This document shows, piece by piece, positions 20,607 through 20,925 of a stretch of DNA of 20,925 nt. The position numbers and the translations under genes are program-made. The stretch comes from Lama guanicoe (taxonomy: Eukaryota): assembly GCA_013239625.1 (NCBI GenBank), contig MU053136.1, positions 824,017 to 844,941 of the forward strand, in the 5' to 3' direction. The notes under the pieces were generated by a model, which was not told the DNA's origin, did not search any database, and was given only the letters and a program-made list of their open reading frames with translations. How positions within the stretch are numbered: position 1 is the stretch's first letter; each line of letters opens with the position of its first letter.

Positions 20607-20716
20607 ATACTTAAAATGATACTCATTACTTGATGTATTTCAAGTCTTTCTCTGTTACACTGTATTTATTAACTTTCAGAATATTATTCTAAAGTCAATA
20701 TTTCACATGTGTAAAC

Positions 20717-20734
20717 ATATATATATATATATAT
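20717..20734. repeat. (AT)n microsatellite
   Basis: Uninterrupted atatatat run at ~20717-20734. Confidence 0.8.
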
Positions 20735-20925
20735 CTAAAGATACACTTTTTCTGTATATGAGGGAAATTGTGAAGAAGCTATTTCACTATCTTACTGAAG
20801 GAACTATAGAAAGAATTATTATTTAAATTACAATGAGACATAGATTGCTTTCTGTGTCTCTCACTTTGTAATAGTCACCTCCTGTTGAATTATAGTAGTT
20901 AGTATTGACTGAACACTGTTAAAAA

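Noticed and set aside
20607..20614. AT donor as a possible U12 AT-AC intron
   Set aside because: ATACTTAA does not match the U12 consensus ATATCCTT; a GT->AT mutation is simpler.
1..20925. Prokaryotic systems (CRISPR arrays, operons, defence loci)
   Set aside because: The sequence is clearly mammalian; no repeat-spacer arrays or dense coding regions.

Overview
Mammalian genomic DNA, very probably camelid (two Vic-1-type tRNA-Ala-derived SINEs). The window holds the 5' part of an unprocessed, intron-containing NEK1 (NIMA-related kinase 1) pseudogene on the + strand. A CpG-island promoter (~5290-5950, with GC boxes and a perfect CRE) is followed by six recognisable kinase-domain exons at 11017-11133, 11537-11630, 14831-14928, 18085-18166, 20320-20387 and 20520-20606, covering about NEK1 residues 1-184. 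The copy is disabled several times over: catalytic Lys33->Asn, three frameshifting deletions, nonsense codons at Q104 and at the HRD arginine R127, T162->I, and non-GT donors at four consecutive exons. The rest is interspersed repeat (L1 fragments, MaLR/MLT1 and ERV-type LTRs, MIR, L2, Vic-1) plus small tandem duplications. Open questions are whether this is a duplicate or a unitary loss of NEK1, why the CpG island is preserved, and whether the apparent AT->GC substitution bias reflects GC-biased gene conversion. Comparisons to human NEK1 and to repeat consensus sequences are from memory and were not computed. None of the supplied ORFs is a credible gene apart from their partial overlap with NEK1 exons.
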